A DNA stretch of 64,000 nucleotides from NCBI GenBank assembly GCA_964556255.1, contig CAZKVQ010000001.1, forward strand, positions 48,294 through 112,293, read 5' to 3'. Origin of the DNA: an uncultured Actinomycetes bacterium (lineage in GTDB: Bacteria > Actinomycetota > Actinomycetes > S36-B12 > UBA10799). Both the position numbers and the translations under genes were made by a program. Positions 62,435 to 64,000 of the stretch are shown here, in pieces. Numbering within the stretch: the first letter of the stretch is position 1; every line of letters begins with the position of its first letter. The notes below the pieces were generated by a model that ran no database searches, was not told where the DNA came from, and worked only from the letters and a program-made list of their open reading frames with translations.

Positions 62435-63952
62435 GTGCCACCGGCAGAGGTCTCCGAAGAAGAACTATGGGCCGAACTCGACGATGCCCAGGGGCGCCGC
62501 CGCGCAGAGGTGCTGCTCGAACTCGCGGATCGCTCCTACCACCGCGACGAGATGTCCCAGTTCGCCTCGCTGGTCGACGCTGCAGCGGTCGCCGCGGAGC
62601 AAGCCGAGGAGTACCGGCTGGCTGCCTTCGCCAGGTTCAATCAGGCGCAGGGGCTCATGGAGACGGGCCATCCGGAGGAGGCGGCCGACCATTTCCTGGC
62701 GGCGGCCGGGTTCTTCCACACGATCGGCGACCAAGAGGACATCGCCCTGAGCAATCAACGGGCCGGCGACGCCTTCGCGGCCATGGATAGACAGGCCGAA
62801 GCCCTTGAGCGCTGGCAGGATGCCCTGCTGCTCTACGAACAGGAGGAGGACGATCTGAGTCAGGGCAGGGTGCACATGGCCATCGGGAACCACTGGATGC
62901 GGGTAGGGAAGCCTGCCGAGGCAGTGGAGGCCTTCCGGGCAGCGAGATCGCGCTTCCGCAGCCACCATTCGGCTCATCATGTTGCGTGGGCCGACGATGC
63001 GGCCGCCGAAGGGCTCATCCAGCAGGGACAGGCGGAGGCCGCGGTACCCCTGCTGCGTTCCTGCCTCGACATCGCCAGCGTCGGTTCCGACGACACCGCC
63101 CGCGCCTACGCCGCCCTACGACTCGGGCTGGTGCTGCGCATCTTGGGTGAGCACTCGGAGGCCCTGTCGAACCTCAAGGCCGCACGCGACGACTACCAGG
63201 CCGACGACAACCTGATGGGCGTCGCACGGTGCGACCTCGAGGCCGCGAATGCGCTTCGCGCGCTGGAGGAGTTCGACGACGCTGAGTCGCTCTACCTGGG
63301 GGCGCGTTCGGTGTTCGACGCCCTCGGCGCCGATGACTACCTACTGCTCGCCGACCGGCAGCGGGCGTCGATGTATTCGGATCTGGGAAGGACAGCCGAG
63401 GCTGTCGGCCTGGCCCGCGCCACGTTGAGCAAGGCCGAGGAGGTGGGCGAAAGACGGATCATCAACGACGTGGTGCCACGCCTCGCCGATGACTTGATGG
63501 ACCTCGACGAGTTCGATGAAGCCCTCGCTCTGTTGCAGCAGCACCCAGCGGACGCCGATGAGCTCGACGAACTCGACACGGCGATCCGGCAGGCCGTCAC
63601 GGCCCGGGCCCTGCTGGCCGAGAACCAGTTCGGTCAGGCTCGGGAACTGACGGAGCAGGCCTTGTCGACGGATGCCGCACGCGACAACCTCGCGCTACTG
63701 GCCGCCCTGTACGAGTTGCGCTCGCAGGCCCGACGCGGCAGCGAGCCGTCCGACGCCGACCGGGACCTCGCCCACGCCATCGCTCTACTGCTGGCCCTGG
63801 GACAGAGCGACCGCGCCGCCCAACTCTCCGAACACTTCCTGCCGGATGAACGCGGTGCCGCCGTGCGCACGGAAGACCTGATCGCGCTGCGCGGACTGAC
63901 CCGCCCTCGGTTCGACAACGACATCCGCGGGCCGGGACTGGAGCCTCGGTGA
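62435..63952 (+). CDS. Tetratricopeptide-repeat (TPR) protein
   Basis: Multiple 34-40 aa A/L/E-rich helical repeats (A..F..A..L....G...EA pattern). I chose the GTG at 62435; the track ORF starts at 62345. Confidence 0.6.
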   Translation: MPPAEVSEEELWAELDDAQGRRRAEVLLELADRSYHRDEMSQFASLVDAAAVAAEQAEEYRLAAFARFNQAQGLMETGHPEEAADHFLAAAGFFHTIGDQEDIALSNQRAGDAFAAMDRQAEALERWQDALLLYEQEEDDLSQGRVHMAIGNHWMRVGKPAEAVEAFRAARSRFRSHHSAHHVAWADDAAAEGLIQQGQAEAAVPLLRSCLDIASVGSDDTARAYAALRLGLVLRILGEHSEALSNLKAARDDYQADDNLMGVARCDLEAANALRALEEFDDAESLYLGARSVFDALGADDYLLLADRQRASMYSDLGRTAEAVGLARATLSKAEEVGERRIINDVVPRLADDLMDLDEFDEALALLQQHPADADELDELDTAIRQAVTARALLAENQFGQARELTEQALSTDAARDNLALLAALYELRSQARRGSEPSDADRDLAHAIALLLALGQSDRAAQLSEHFLPDERGAAVRTEDLIALRGLTRPRFDNDIRGPGLEPR

Positions 63953-64000
63953 GTCCGGCCACGCGATGACACCGACCGAATCCGGCGCCACACCCGACCT

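Noticed and set aside
1-64000. CRISPR arrays, insertion sequences, rRNA genes and large tandem repeats.
   Set aside because: I noticed no regularly spaced 25-40 bp direct repeats, no terminal inverted repeats flanking a transposase-like ORF, and no rRNA-like sequence. The only repeats seen are short operators and low-complexity P/T/S coding linkers. A manual scan of 64 kb cannot exclude short or diverged repeats.
63966-64000. Partial ORF starting at the ATG at 63966 (MTPTESGATPD...) at the window edge.
   Set aside because: Only 11 codons are visible, which is insufficient to support a call.

Overview
This is a high-GC actinobacterial-type chromosomal segment, judged from codon usage and family content (DesA3-like desaturase with its reductase, DUF3159, VKOR, MT0933-like protein). 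I support about 62 protein genes and one tRNA-Thr(CGU).

Gene content:
- Transporters: three MFS, SulP-STAS, ClC, SLC13 with TrkA_C domains, EamA plus a QueT-like protein, VIT1, and TrkH/TrkA.
- Hydrolases: three paralogous Amidohydro_3 enzymes, GH3, GH76-like, SGNH, haloalkane dehalogenase, alkyl-sulfatase, S33 peptidase, and a YpfJ Zn-peptidase.
- Envelope enzymes: an Amidase_2-FN3 protein, an acyltransferase-3, and a CBM+3D-domain protein.
- Signalling and regulation: a single-chain ECF sigma/anti-sigma fusion, a LuxR-type response regulator with an atypical kinase, MarR, HxlR, an XRE-like HTH protein, one GGDEF protein, and one PAS-degenerate GGDEF-EAL protein.

By eye I found no CRISPR array, transposase, integrase, phage gene or recognisable defence gene. 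I cannot point to a clearly novel multi-gene system.

The loci most worth a second look are:
1. The response-regulator-first two-component module (44330-47025), whose kinase looks like a duplicated 4TM plus coiled-coil unit. Next to it is a divergent pair of secreted proteins of atypical composition and a gene-poor tRNA-Thr flank.
2. A secreted protein built from about 7 cysteine-pair repeats (21489-22619).
3. An overlapping pair of an XRE-like HTH gene and an unknown 173-aa gene (19482-20488).
4. The membrane-tethered ECF sigma fusion (51-1397).

All family calls come from motif recognition by eye, with no database search. Start codons are often uncertain. The many long antisense ORFs are high-GC shadow ORFs.
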